Below are positions 19,801 to 28,640 of a DNA stretch of 64,000 nt, piece after piece. Within the stretch, counting starts at the first letter, position 1; every line of letters starts with the position of its first letter. This DNA comes from Chthonomonadales bacterium (GTDB lineage Bacteria > Armatimonadota > Chthonomonadetes > Chthonomonadales > CAJBBX01). The stretch spans positions 54,600 through 118,599 of the forward strand of contig JBMFSQ010000001.1 in the NCBI GenBank assembly GCA_049967475.1, given 5' to 3'. The position numbers and the translations under genes were made by a program. The notes beneath the pieces were generated by a model. It made no database searches. It had not been told where the DNA came from and saw nothing but the letters and a program-made list of their open reading frames with translations.

Positions 19801-22028
19801 CGAGGGACCAGGAACCCGATGCCCCGCCGTCCGCCCTTCTGAAAGTGCTCGAGGCGCCTTCGAGCATCCGTCAGTAGGCGTTGGTGGGGAACCTCAGCAG
19901 AGATCTCTACGCGAATGTCTCCCACTCTCTCCTTCGCATCCCGAAGTGAACCGACCAACCTAGTCGTGTCTTGAGCAAGTCGGCTCCATCGTTCCTGCTG
20001 CCCAACCAGAAGGTCTCCGAGAATGTCGGCTGTTAACTCACCGAGCACTCGGCCGGTTCGCGCCGCATGCTCCTCGATGGTCGTCAGGAAAGCTTCTGCC
20101 GTGGCTAGTTCGTCGTCCCCTATGGGTTGAAGCGCGTCAAGCTGGTCCGGGTCTATTCCTCTGCAGGCGGCTTCAGCCGACTGCTCTGCACCCCTCAACT
20201 CAGTTAGCGCGCGTTCAAATTCCTCAGGACTGGGAAGGGACAGCCCGCCGATATCCAGATCCAGCGCTGTCAGTTTTTCCTCGGTCAGCTCGGTATGAAT
20301 CTCAGCAAGCAGGATGATTTGATCAGAATCTAGCGGGCAGCGGCTGGCGTCCTTTGGAACCTCGGGGAACCAGGCGTATGCTTCCTCCTTTGCCTCCACT
20401 GCGCGGGCGATCTGGGCGGCGGTCCCTTCATGGCCGCCATAGAGCACGTGCGAGCGGGTTTCGGCCTCGCGAGTTTCACGCAAGTCGCGTTCCACCTGCG
20501 CGACCCTGTCTTCCAGTTGGCGCAACTCGCCTTCGAGTGCTGCGATCTGCTCTTGCGCCGATTTGCTAGCTCTCCACTCATTCTTGCGAGAGAGAATCCC
20601 GCGAACGCTGTCTTCGAGAAGCCGCTGATCGTCGTGCGTTGATCCAAACGCAGTGACACAGAGATTGCGGATCTCGCTTGGGAGCAAGTCCCTCAGCACG
20701 GCCAGAGCCTTTGGTGCATGGGCCGTGACCAGGACCCGTTCTCCTGAAGCCAGGAGGTGGCAAATCAGGTTGGCGATGGTGTGGCTTTTGCCTGTTCCAG
20801 GAGGGCCCTTGACGAGCACATAGGGTCGAACGCGCAAGCGCTCCGCAATTCTTCGCTGCTCCTCGTTCGTTGGAAGTGGAAAATAGAGGCGAGAATCGCC
20901 CAACCCCGAATTGGCCTCGGGGTCTTCTGGAGTTGTGCCGGCCCCACCTCCCGACGGCTCCCCTTCGCTGATGAAACGCTCCCAAGCCGGCATTAGCGAG
21001 AATGGCCCATCTTCGGTACCTTCATGAAGGCGAGTGATAAGCTCCTCATAGGCTGTCGGTCGTCGCTCACGGAGAACGAGCGCTGGAGCGTAAAATACCC
21101 GGAACGTTTCGTCCGCCCGTTCCGGCGGCTCAAAAGAACCTTCATCGACCTGAGCGTCAGGGCTCGCTTTGTTGGCGATCACGCGCAGGATCTCCCCGAC
21201 CTTGGCTCTGTCCCACGCCTGAACATCAAGTTCCTCCATGAGATCATCGAGCCCCGCGCCCTCCAAGCGTGGCTGGTGCTGGAGTTCCAGCATGTCCAGC
21301 TCGATCTTAAAGCGGTCGAAGGAGGCGCCAGGGCTAACCGTGAGGACACCTCGAACTGCGTCAAGACTGATCTCGGCTGGGGCGGTGAGGAGGTGCCTCT
21401 TGACGGTCTCTCCCGTTGGATCTCTCCACACCAGAAGTCCCACCCCTAGGATCAATTCGTACCGCTCCTCAGCCTCCTCGAGGCGACGACGCATGAAGTC
21501 TACATCCTCATAGACCCGCTGAACCTCCTGCCAGCGGCGCATTTCTTGCGCCCAGGGCTCCCACTTATTGACGAGGTAGTCCAGCCAGGCGTCTTCCACC
21601 TCGGGATGGTCCTGCAGGCGCCGTACTTGTGGAACCTTTTCAGTCAGCGTCCGCCCCAGTTCAGGTGGTGTATCGGGATCTGCCACCCGGGTTTCGACGA
21701 GGCTCGTGATCTCCGGCATAAGCTCGGGCTCTTGGGGCTCTTGGGCCGCTTGGTCAAGATCCTGCGGGCGGACCCAATCCTTACATAATTCCGGTACAGG
21801 CGGTCGCACCGGCCTGTGCTTCTTACGAACCTCAAGCCAGAGATCAGGAAACTCGCCGGGCTTGTCGTCGAAGAAAGCAGAACGGATGTCGGGGCGATCC
21901 CTCGGGACCTCATTAAACCACAAGAGCTTGTCGCTCGGCCCGTAGGCTGCAACGCGCTTTTGGCGAAGAGTGGCGGCGTCCTTGAGGAAGGACAACAACG
22001 ATTGCGATTTCTCGTGAATTTCTGCCAT
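16857..22028 (-). CDS. Large SF1 (Upf1/DNA2-like) helicase fused to a Vsr/DUF559-like endonuclease; Hhe-like putative defence protein
   Basis: GPPGTGKS, DEASQ, GDDEQ, LREHFRC, FQGDQRD, RFNVAMSRARDQ; C-terminal ESWFE..YRIDLVV..AVECDG..HG..D..RQ..LERAGW; long coiled-coil insert. Confidence 0.85.
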   Translation of the reverse strand: MAEIHEKSQSLLSFLKDAATLRQKRVAAYGPSDKLLWFNEVPRDRPDIRSAFFDDKPGEFPDLWLEVRKKHRPVRPPVPELCKDWVRPQDLDQAAQEPQEPELMPEITSLVETRVADPDTPPELGRTLTEKVPQVRRLQDHPEVEDAWLDYLVNKWEPWAQEMRRWQEVQRVYEDVDFMRRRLEEAEERYELILGVGLLVWRDPTGETVKRHLLTAPAEISLDAVRGVLTVSPGASFDRFKIELDMLELQHQPRLEGAGLDDLMEELDVQAWDRAKVGEILRVIANKASPDAQVDEGSFEPPERADETFRVFYAPALVLRERRPTAYEELITRLHEGTEDGPFSLMPAWERFISEGEPSGGGAGTTPEDPEANSGLGDSRLYFPLPTNEEQRRIAERLRVRPYVLVKGPPGTGKSHTIANLICHLLASGERVLVTAHAPKALAVLRDLLPSEIRNLCVTAFGSTHDDQRLLEDSVRGILSRKNEWRASKSAQEQIAALEGELRQLEDRVAQVERDLRETREAETRSHVLYGGHEGTAAQIARAVEAKEEAYAWFPEVPKDASRCPLDSDQIILLAEIHTELTEEKLTALDLDIGGLSLPSPEEFERALTELRGAEQSAEAACRGIDPDQLDALQPIGDDELATAEAFLTTIEEHAARTGRVLGELTADILGDLLVGQQERWSRLAQDTTRLVGSLRDAKERVGDIRVEISAEVPHQRLLTDARRRLEHFQKGGRRGIGFLVPRVVRETRYVEELCRIDGQTPKQLQQLERLLAFLELEETVRDFQQIWPAPIHLARPDPRHAVARIEGLVEELPRLLELFQNQPANALALVPVSKRADLAQTTERAKWLALIRAEMARRRVDRVRQPLESWRASLRQIIASGNAHPSLQAMVEAIGERNAETWMTAWDTRERLKEEKARFLRYQEMIGQIAGACPGLGALLRANQGRPEWKDRILHLDDAWAWAAAKAWLRKVSDPEGYERLIEERHRLQRRIEKKLEELAALKAWKAFFERLDDRTEQSLTAWTKAVSRIGKGTGKYAYRHRRTARQYLMKCIPKIPAWIMPLHKLWDTTDSTPAVFDTVIVDEASQAGIEALVLLLLAKRIIVVGDDEQNSPEAVGVREDDIARLARDHLQQFGFRDEFRPDTSLYDHAERAFGNAISLREHFRCVPEIIRFSNDLCYTDAPLIPLRQPPPNRLLPLKPQFVSAGACEGEGERIINRAEAEAIVTTIQECLNDKDYEGKTMGVIVLQGHAQAELIEKKLADVLEPKVREERKLRCGVPATFQGDQRDIIFLSLVVAPNHDFRALTRLPDRRRFNVAMSRARDQVWLFHSVQLHDLSREDLRWRLLNFFYSPDQVALKTLYEELDRLEREAKRRYRQHGEQPDPYESWFEVDVALELLRRRYRVRPQVEVAGYRIDLVVEGLQKRLAVECDGEAWHGPERYDQDMARQRQLERAGWAFVRIRESEFYADRERAVRRIVEACEQRGIRPVGEQEHESPKGAEAILTTAEARPVEKVEHDRRPEADEEVLETGEDDLRPNPSTNSSGEPGFPDPRDASPADVRAALRRVIEREGPLTKLLLFRLYVEGCPTLHRAGRTVRSILNRTLNSMEKAVEIVVEDELGDKSPASQVLRLAGTPRVRERPAGVRDLLEIPPSEIASVLRRITQGKHETALDDEEAMRSLLAHFGCGRLTQCRRNYLKKVLRICRTSQPATSPPPPPLCNQ

Positions 22029-22082
22029 GGATGCAAGATTCCGAGAGAGGGGAGCCATGCGCGCCGGCGCCCCGCTTTTCTT

Positions 22083-22298
22083 CCACGCCCGTGTTCCTCG
22101 CCCGCACAGCCATCCGCGGCCAGGCAAGGTTTTCGCACTCCACCAGTATAATCGAAGAAGGGGCGATGAAACAGGAAATCACTGCCGCCACGCACCCACG
22201 GAGGCCGATGGACAGATGACTGCGGATGGATCCTTGCGCGCACAGCTCGAGAAAGTGGGCTTTTCGGATGCCGCCCGCGCAGAGCGCATCATCCGCTC
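22083..22298 (+). repeat. 216-bp direct repeat, copy 1 (duplicate of the glnE promoter and first 27 codons)
   Basis: Identical by inspection to 23250-23465 (offset 1167). Confidence 0.95.
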
Positions 22299-22335
22299 CG
22301 AGCGGAGCGAGGTGTCGGCCGCAAGCGCTGCTTAG
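22216..22335 (+). pseudogene. glnE: Truncated glnE 5' fragment (39 codons)
   Basis: MTADGSLRAQLEKVGFSDAARAERIIRS is identical to the GlnE N-terminus, then diverges and stops at TAG 22333-22335. Confidence 0.8.
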
Positions 22336-22337
22336 GC
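22299..22337 (-). mobile_element. Truncated/degenerate integron attC site (left arm only) downstream of hicA
   Basis: Minus strand GCCTAAG-CAGC-GCTTGCGGCCGAC-ACCTCGCTCCGCTCGG resembles R''/L'' and the loop of attC; right arm replaced by the glnE duplicate. Confidence 0.6.
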
Positions 22338-22367
22338 GCAACACGCTATAAACAAACGAGACACACT

Positions 22368-22592
22368 TTATAGTAGGTCCACTAACTCCTCACGCGTCAT
22401 CTCACAATCGCGCAATATCTTGAACATCAACCCTGGACCGATTGTTTCTCCGCGATGAACGGGTACGACTGTACACCGTCCATCGGGGTGGCGCAGAAAG
22501 TGATGACTTCCTTTTACGCGTATTACTTCAAAGCCAGCCCTCTGCAATGCTGAAACAACTTCGTGACCTTTGAGGTCCGGCAATTTCGTCAT
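22368..22592 (-). CDS. hicA: HicA family mRNA interferase toxin
   Basis: ALQRAGFEVIRVKGSHHFLRHPDGRCTVVPVH...IGPGLMFKILRD. Confidence 0.93.
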   Translation of the reverse strand: MTKLPDLKGHEVVSALQRAGFEVIRVKGSHHFLRHPDGRCTVVPVHRGETIGPGLMFKILRDCEMTREELVDLL

Positions 22593-22804
22593 GCTTCCAC
22601 CCAGATACGCTGAACCCCTATGAATTCCTGAGGTGGGATTTTCTCACCTTCGACTTCCAAGCACAACTCGATTGCCTCGCGAATTCGTTTCATCAAGGTA
22701 TCCAGCGATTTGGCTTGAGTATGGCAGCCGCGCAATTCTGGAACACTGGCTACATAGTAACCTTCAGAGTCGCGTTCAATGATAACATTAAATGCTCTTG
22801 TCAT
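22589..22804 (-). CDS. hicB: HicB family antitoxin (short form, no DNA-binding domain)
   Basis: IERDSEGYYVASVPELRGCHTQAKSLDTLMKRIREAIELCL; ATGA overlap with hicA. Confidence 0.93.
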   Translation of the reverse strand: MTRAFNVIIERDSEGYYVASVPELRGCHTQAKSLDTLMKRIREAIELCLEVEGEKIPPQEFIGVQRIWVEA

Positions 22805-22853
22805 TCATCTTCACTCCATTTCTACTGTTTTGCGTGCCGTCTTGAAAGGTTGC

Positions 22854-22982
22854 GCCCAACGGCGGGCGCTTCAGCCGCCGCCGTGATACGCCAGACTCCA
22901 ACGAACGCAAACCGCCGAACTTACGCTCCTCGCGCCCGCATCCCCACGCCGAAGGCGGTCGCCGGGCAAGCGGTTGTTACCC
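22854..22982 (-). mobile_element. Partly degenerate integron attC site upstream of hicB
   Basis: Minus strand GGGTAAC-AACC-GCTTGCCCGGCGACCGCC ... GGCGGCGGCTGAAGC-GCCCGCC-GTTGGGC; R' fits GTTRRRY; R'' and L'' carry mismatches; 129 bp. Confidence 0.7.
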
Positions 22983-23070
22983 ACATCCCGCCGACTGGCG
23001 GAGGACGCCACCACCTGCCCACACGCCGTTTCTCTTCTGGCAACGTGCCAACGCCATCCCACGTGCCACC

Positions 23071-23099
23071 TTTATAACACAGCGGCACGCAAAGGGCAA
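23071..23099 (-). promoter_or_regulatory. Sigma70-type promoter facing the attC/hicBA cassette (Pc-like)
   Basis: Minus strand TTGCCC-N17-TATAAA with extended -10 TG. Confidence 0.55.
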
Positions 23100-23249
23100 G
23101 CGCCTCAACACCCCCTCGACCTCCCCCCACCACGCTAAGCAACGACAGGATCGGCAAGCGGACGCCGCTCCCACCAGGTACAGATAAGAACCGCCGGGCG
23201 CGGAAGCCCCGTGGAACAAGAGTTGCTCCTCAGGCAGGAAGACCCGGCC

Positions 23250-23465
23250 CCACGCCCGTGTTCCTCGCCCGCACAGCCATCCGCGGCCAGGCAAGGTTTT
23301 CGCACTCCACCAGTATAATCGAAGAAGGGGCGATGAAACAGGAAATCACTGCCGCCACGCACCCACGGAGGCCGATGGACAGATGACTGCGGATGGATCC
23401 TTGCGCGCACAGCTCGAGAAAGTGGGCTTTTCGGATGCCGCCCGCGCAGAGCGCATCATCCGCTC
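23250..23465 (+). repeat. 216-bp direct repeat, copy 2 (native glnE promoter and 5' end)
   Basis: Matches 22083-22298; contains TATAAT, GGAGG RBS and ATG 23383. Confidence 0.95.
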
Positions 23466-26400
23466 TCTGGCGGGCCAAGGGGTGACCGATGACGACGTGG
23501 ATCTCATGATCCCCATCCTCCTCCGATCCCTCGCTGCAAGTCCCGACCCGGATCGCGCACTCAACAACTTTGAACGCTGGTTCCAATCTGTTACGAACCG
23601 CATCACCCACGTGCGCTATCTTCTCGCTCACCCTGCGGCGTTGGAGATCTTTTTTAGTGTTTGCGGTACGAGCCAGTTCTTCTCGGACATTCTCATCCGT
23701 AACCCGGAATACTTCGAGATCCTTGCCAATCCCGGTGTCCGAGGAGGCACGAAGTCCGCGGGAACCCTGTACCGGGAACTTTCGGCATTCGTGGATGCCA
23801 TCGTGCGCCCGGAGCTCAAATTGGAAGCCATGCGCAGGTTCAAGCACCGGGAGATCCTGCGCATCGGGACGCGGGATATCCTGGGTTTGGCGGACATGCC
23901 TGCTACTGCCCATGAGTTCTCGAGCCTCGCCGACGCATGCATCCAGAAGTGTCTGGAGATCGCCCAGGCCCAGTCTGCTGGCGGCGGCGGGGCCCCGCTC
24001 CCGATGGCCGTAATCGCCATGGGGAAGCTCGGAGGCCAGGAGCTGAACTACTCCAGCGATATTGACCTTCTGTTCGTGGCGGCAGATGACGCACCCGAAG
24101 CAGCCCCTGCAGATTGGCCAACTCCCTGCCTCCGTTTGGCCGAGCGCGTGGTGAGCGGCCTTACCCAAAACATGACGAGCGGGCACCTGTTTCGTGTAGA
24201 TATGCGCCTCAGGCCGGAAGGGCGCTTCGGACCGCTGGTGCGCACCCTCTCTTCGTACCGCGCCTATTACGAAAGTTGGGCAGAAGCATGGGAGCGGCAG
24301 GCTCTCATCAAGGCGCGCGTCGTTGCCGGTGATGCCGCTGTGGGGCGGGAGTTCATGGAGATGGTGTCCGGCTTTGTCTACCGCCGCCACGTAGACGCGG
24401 CCTTCATCGAGGAGATCCGAAGGAACAAGCGGCGCATCGAACGCAAGGCAGAACTCGAAGGGCAATCCCGCGCGAATGTGAAGATCGGCATCGGCGGCAT
24501 CAGGGATGTGGAGTTCACGGTGCAACTGCAGCAGCTTGTCCTCGGAGGACGGAACCCTCTCGTGCGGACACCCAATACGGTGGATGCGATCCGCCGACTT
24601 CGGCACGTAGGCGCCCTCACGACGCGTGAGGCATCAGAATTGACGGAGGATTATTGCTTTTTGCGCACGGTGGAGCATCGCCTGCAGATCCTCTACGAAC
24701 TCCAGACGCAAACGCTGCCGTCAGACCCGGCTGAGCTTCGGTTGCTTGCCCGCAGATTGGGGTACGGCGACGCCGAAACGTTTTTGCAAGATTACGCGCG
24801 CCGCACGGCAAGGGTTCGGGGCCATTGCGCCGCTCTGTTCTATGGTGAGCCCGAGGAGCGTGCCTCAGTTGCCGGCACCTCCGAATGGCGCGATCTGGTG
24901 ATCAACATAGACAGTCCCCGCGTGCGCCGCACCGCCGAGGATCTTCTCAGCGCCATGGGTTTCAGGGACGCGGCGGCTGTATGCTCGGTGATGGAAACGG
25001 CCGCCGTGGGATCGCGATATGGCAGGGCGCGCCCCGAAGCGGCCCAACTCTTCGCGGACCTCGTCCCCCATCTGTTGGATGCTTGCGTGCGATCCGGCGA
25101 TCCCGACACGGCCTTTCGCTCCATCGAGTTCCTGGCTGCTGCAGCTCCCAACCGGGCAGAACTCTACCGGTCTCTGCTTGGTGCGGAAGACGTGCTCGAC
25201 CGCATCTGCCGGCTGGGGGCAGCGGCTCCGGGGCTCGTGCAAGGGCTGGCGAGGCACTTGGAGTGGCTGGATCTTCTGGTTAGCGACGAGATCATTGACC
25301 CCAGCGTCAAAGGACCCGCGGTCATCGCACGCGAGCTCACCCAGCGCCTGCCCGCAGAGTATACAACGGCGCAGGAGATCACGTGGGACGTCCTCGCCCT
25401 CTACTATCGTCGCGAACTCCTCCGCATTGCAGCGCGGGACGTATGGGGCGAAATCTCACCGGGCGACGCATCGCGAGAGTTGGCTGCGTTAGCGGATGGC
25501 ATCATCGAAGTCATTCTCAAAGGCGCCATTGGCGAGGTAATCCAGCGCTACCCCGGCACCGAGGCATCGCTCGAGAGTGTGGCCGTCATCGGTCTTGGCA
25601 GGTTGGGGGGCCAAGAGCCAGGCTATGGGTCCGATTGGGATGTTCTCTTCGTGTGGGATCCCGAAGCGGGTGCCTCCACGGGCGTGTCCCCGCAGGCAGC
25701 GCTCAATGCGCTTGCGGAAGTGCTCCTCGGCGCCGGTGAGCGTATGCGCACCCGAGGAGCTGCCGTAACGCTGGATGCGCGGCTCCGGCCGGAAGGCCGC
25801 TTCGGCGCCCTCATACGCCCTCTACAGGATTACGAGGAATACTACGGGACGGCGGCGCAACTATGGGAACGCCAAACGCTGATACGTGCGCGGGCAGTGG
25901 CCGGAAGTCGCCATACGGGAGATCGGTACCTGCAGATCGCGCGCACGGCAGCCTACGGCAGGCCCTTCGGTGCAGACGATCAGCGTGCGATGATCGCCAT
26001 GAAGCGGCGCATCGAGCGGGAACGGCTGAAAGTTGAGGAACAGCATTCGGATCTGAAGCTTGGGCTAGGCGGCCTGAGCGATATCGAATTCACCACGCAC
26101 TTGTGGCAGATGCGTTCGGGTGCGCGGCATCCCACCGTGCAGGTTGCCAGGACCGTAGATGCGCTGCACGCCCTGGCGGCTGCCGGTGTGTTGCGAACTG
26201 CGGATGTGGTGCGACTGGCCGAGCACTACGAATGGCTCAGCACGGTGCGCAACCGATTGGCATTGCGCGAGGGACTGCCCGTGGACACCGTGCCGCAGGA
26301 CCCTGTGGTCCGCCGGGTGGTTGCGGTGTCTCTCGGGATCATGGACGATGCCTCTGCCCGGGCTGAGGACCGGCTCGTGCGGCAGGTGCAAGAGCGCATG

Positions 26401-26466
26401 ACAGAAGTGCGGGCTCTGGCGGAGCGGCTCTTCTACGAGGCGCCTCCCCCAGGCGAGGGTCTGTGA
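23383..26466 (+). CDS. glnE: Bifunctional glutamine synthetase adenylyltransferase/adenylyl-removing enzyme
   Basis: Two nucleotidyltransferase domains: MGKLGGQELNYSSDIDL..VDMRLRPEG..WERQAL..GGIRDVEF and GRLGGQEPGYGSDWD..DARLRPEG..GGLSDIEF. Confidence 0.95.
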   Translation: MTADGSLRAQLEKVGFSDAARAERIIRSLAGQGVTDDDVDLMIPILLRSLAASPDPDRALNNFERWFQSVTNRITHVRYLLAHPAALEIFFSVCGTSQFFSDILIRNPEYFEILANPGVRGGTKSAGTLYRELSAFVDAIVRPELKLEAMRRFKHREILRIGTRDILGLADMPATAHEFSSLADACIQKCLEIAQAQSAGGGGAPLPMAVIAMGKLGGQELNYSSDIDLLFVAADDAPEAAPADWPTPCLRLAERVVSGLTQNMTSGHLFRVDMRLRPEGRFGPLVRTLSSYRAYYESWAEAWERQALIKARVVAGDAAVGREFMEMVSGFVYRRHVDAAFIEEIRRNKRRIERKAELEGQSRANVKIGIGGIRDVEFTVQLQQLVLGGRNPLVRTPNTVDAIRRLRHVGALTTREASELTEDYCFLRTVEHRLQILYELQTQTLPSDPAELRLLARRLGYGDAETFLQDYARRTARVRGHCAALFYGEPEERASVAGTSEWRDLVINIDSPRVRRTAEDLLSAMGFRDAAAVCSVMETAAVGSRYGRARPEAAQLFADLVPHLLDACVRSGDPDTAFRSIEFLAAAAPNRAELYRSLLGAEDVLDRICRLGAAAPGLVQGLARHLEWLDLLVSDEIIDPSVKGPAVIARELTQRLPAEYTTAQEITWDVLALYYRRELLRIAARDVWGEISPGDASRELAALADGIIEVILKGAIGEVIQRYPGTEASLESVAVIGLGRLGGQEPGYGSDWDVLFVWDPEAGASTGVSPQAALNALAEVLLGAGERMRTRGAAVTLDARLRPEGRFGALIRPLQDYEEYYGTAAQLWERQTLIRARAVAGSRHTGDRYLQIARTAAYGRPFGADDQRAMIAMKRRIERERLKVEEQHSDLKLGLGGLSDIEFTTHLWQMRSGARHPTVQVARTVDALHALAAAGVLRTADVVRLAEHYEWLSTVRNRLALREGLPVDTVPQDPVVRRVVAVSLGIMDDASARAEDRLVRQVQERMTEVRALAERLFYEAPPPGEGL

Positions 26467-27104
26467 GGCACGCGATGAACGGATACGGATTGCTGGCTGT
26501 CGTTTTGGGCTATCTGCTGGGTTCACTGCCCTTCGGCCTTTACATTGCCAAGTGGTGGAAGGGCATAGACGTTCGGGAGCACGGCAGCGGGAATATCGGC
26601 GCCACCAACGTATACCGAGTAGTAGGCGCCCCCGCCGGAGTGCTCGTGTTCATCTTGGATGTAGGGAAGGGGCTCGCGCCGCCGGCCGCTGCGTCGGCGC
26701 TCGGGTTGAGCGCTGTTTGGCAGGTGGCTGCCGGTATGGCAGCGATTTTGGGGCACAACTTTTCGCCATTCCTCGGCTTCAAAGGTGGCAAAGGGGTGTC
26801 CACGAGCCTCGGCGTATTGTTGGGCGTTGCATGGCCTGTGGGAATCACGGCGTGGATTTTGTGGGCCGTGGTGGTGGCTACCACGCGATACGTGTCTTTG
26901 GGATCCATTCTGGCGGCGGCCTCCCTGGCGCCCCTCAGCGCCTGGTATTTCCCGCTCCACACTCCAGACAACCTGGCCAGGTTTGCCTTTTGTTTTGCCG
27001 CAGGTCTGTTCTCTATTGTCAAGCATCGCAGCAATATCGTGCGCCTTCTCCACGGAACCGAGAACCGCATCGGACGGACAGGCTCATCGCGCGGGCCCGA
27101 TTGA
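26463..27104 (+). CDS. plsY: Glycerol-3-phosphate acyltransferase
   Basis: GYLLGSLP, DVREHGSGNIGATN, GHNFS..FKGGKGV, KHRSNIVRL. Confidence 0.96.
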   Translation: MRHAMNGYGLLAVVLGYLLGSLPFGLYIAKWWKGIDVREHGSGNIGATNVYRVVGAPAGVLVFILDVGKGLAPPAAASALGLSAVWQVAAGMAAILGHNFSPFLGFKGGKGVSTSLGVLLGVAWPVGITAWILWAVVVATTRYVSLGSILAAASLAPLSAWYFPLHTPDNLARFAFCFAAGLFSIVKHRSNIVRLLHGTENRIGRTGSSRGPD

Positions 27105-27208
27105 AGAGGCATTCGAGCATACGGGCAACCGAAGGATTTCCTGGGGAGCATCGCGAAAGAAATTCTCGTAATTAGGCATACTTGGAAGCTTTCTGCGGAG
27201 GTGCCGAG

Positions 27209-28582
27209 ATGTTACAGGGTGTGGAGCGTTTGGTGGACCTATCGGGTCCCCGATTGGTATGTATGGACGACGTATCTGCTTCAGAACTTGTACAGGCTGT
27301 GCGTGACGCCGACACCGATGTTCTGGCCAAAACCGACGGCCACTTTGCCGCTGTAGCACGGGACGGGCAGACCGTGCGGCTGGCGCGCACGATTGGGTTG
27401 CCGCTGCGCTATTTCGTAGCGAAGATGTTCCATGGCCCATTCCTGATCGTGGGCGAGCGTATAGACCAGCTCTTCGAATGGTGCTGCGCTCGAAAGATCG
27501 GATGGCAGTTCGATCCTCTCTATACCCGTATGGTGCCTGCCCATTACCTTGTGGAGCTGGACCAAATCGGATGCCCGGATCCTGCACCCCGCTACCGCCG
27601 CTTCTTCAACCCGAGCCTATCTACGGGATCAGCCGATGTTGCTGAGGCGGGGGCGGCGTACATCTCGGCAGCCTACCGCGCCCTGAAGCGTTGGATGGCC
27701 TCCATACCCTCGGAGGCGCCCGTAGCTGTGGCGTTTTCCGGAGGGATTGACAGCACGGCCGTTTTGATTCTAGCGCTCAAGGCAGCCCGGGAACTCGGCA
27801 CGGAAGCAGCACGCATCCGCGCCTTTACGTTGGATCTGGGCGGCGGCGCCGATGCATCCCAGGCACAGCAAGTGGTTCAATTGCTGGGGTTGGAGGATCA
27901 ATGGGAGGTTGTGCGTGTTCCCGCGGAACAGTACCGGCCGGAAGAGGCCATCCGCGTGATAGAGGATTACCATCCGTTGGATGTGGAATGCGCAGCCGCT
28001 TCTCTGTGCCTCCTGGGCGGCATTCGTGAACGATACCCCAGCCTGCGCTACCTGTTGGACGGCGAAGGGGGTGATGAGAACCTCAAGTCCTATCCACTGG
28101 AGGATTCCGATCTCACAATCTCCAGCGTCCTGCGCAACCCGCTTCTCTACCAGGAGGGCTGGGGCGTAGACGCCATCAAGCATAGCCTTACGTACAGCGG
28201 CGGCCTGTCGAGATCCTATGTGCGTACCTATGCTCCGGCTCGCCGCTTCGGGTTCGAGGCCTTTTCACCGTTCACCGTGCGATCCGTAATCGAGGCGGCC
28301 TTGGCGATGCCCTTCGACGCCATGATCCAGGGGTCTGTGGAGAGGCTCTATTCTCTGAAAGGGGAAGTGGTGCGGGCAGGGGTTGAAGCCGTTGCAGGCG
28401 TCCGGATGCCCACCAACCGCAAGCGCCGCTTTCAGGATGGCGCCGGTGGCGACACGTACCGGGGATGGCGTGTCAGCAAGGCGTGGTGCCGGTCCGTGTT
28501 CCTGCGTCAATGGGATGAGCGCCTGCGAGAGGTTTGGGGACCCGATGCCGAGCGCATCTCCGGCAATTCCGTACCGGTTTAG
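27209..28582 (+). CDS. Asparagine-synthetase-like ATP pyrophosphatase without an N-terminal glutaminase Cys
   Basis: PP-loop AFSGGIDS, LDGEGGDE, RKRRFQDG; no Cys at position 2; GGAGG RBS. Confidence 0.8.
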   Translation: MLQGVERLVDLSGPRLVCMDDVSASELVQAVRDADTDVLAKTDGHFAAVARDGQTVRLARTIGLPLRYFVAKMFHGPFLIVGERIDQLFEWCCARKIGWQFDPLYTRMVPAHYLVELDQIGCPDPAPRYRRFFNPSLSTGSADVAEAGAAYISAAYRALKRWMASIPSEAPVAVAFSGGIDSTAVLILALKAARELGTEAARIRAFTLDLGGGADASQAQQVVQLLGLEDQWEVVRVPAEQYRPEEAIRVIEDYHPLDVECAAASLCLLGGIRERYPSLRYLLDGEGGDENLKSYPLEDSDLTISSVLRNPLLYQEGWGVDAIKHSLTYSGGLSRSYVRTYAPARRFGFEAFSPFTVRSVIEAALAMPFDAMIQGSVERLYSLKGEVVRAGVEAVAGVRMPTNRKRRFQDGAGGDTYRGWRVSKAWCRSVFLRQWDERLREVWGPDAERISGNSVPV

Positions 28583-28640
28583 GTGTCGGCAGCCGGCCTC
28601 GTGAGGGTGGCCGGCGCCGGGTGTACGACTGGGGGCGCGG

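Noticed and set aside
27104..28582. Lasso peptide cluster suggested by the AsnB-like gene
   Set aside because: No transglutaminase-like protease, RRE or precursor ORF nearby.
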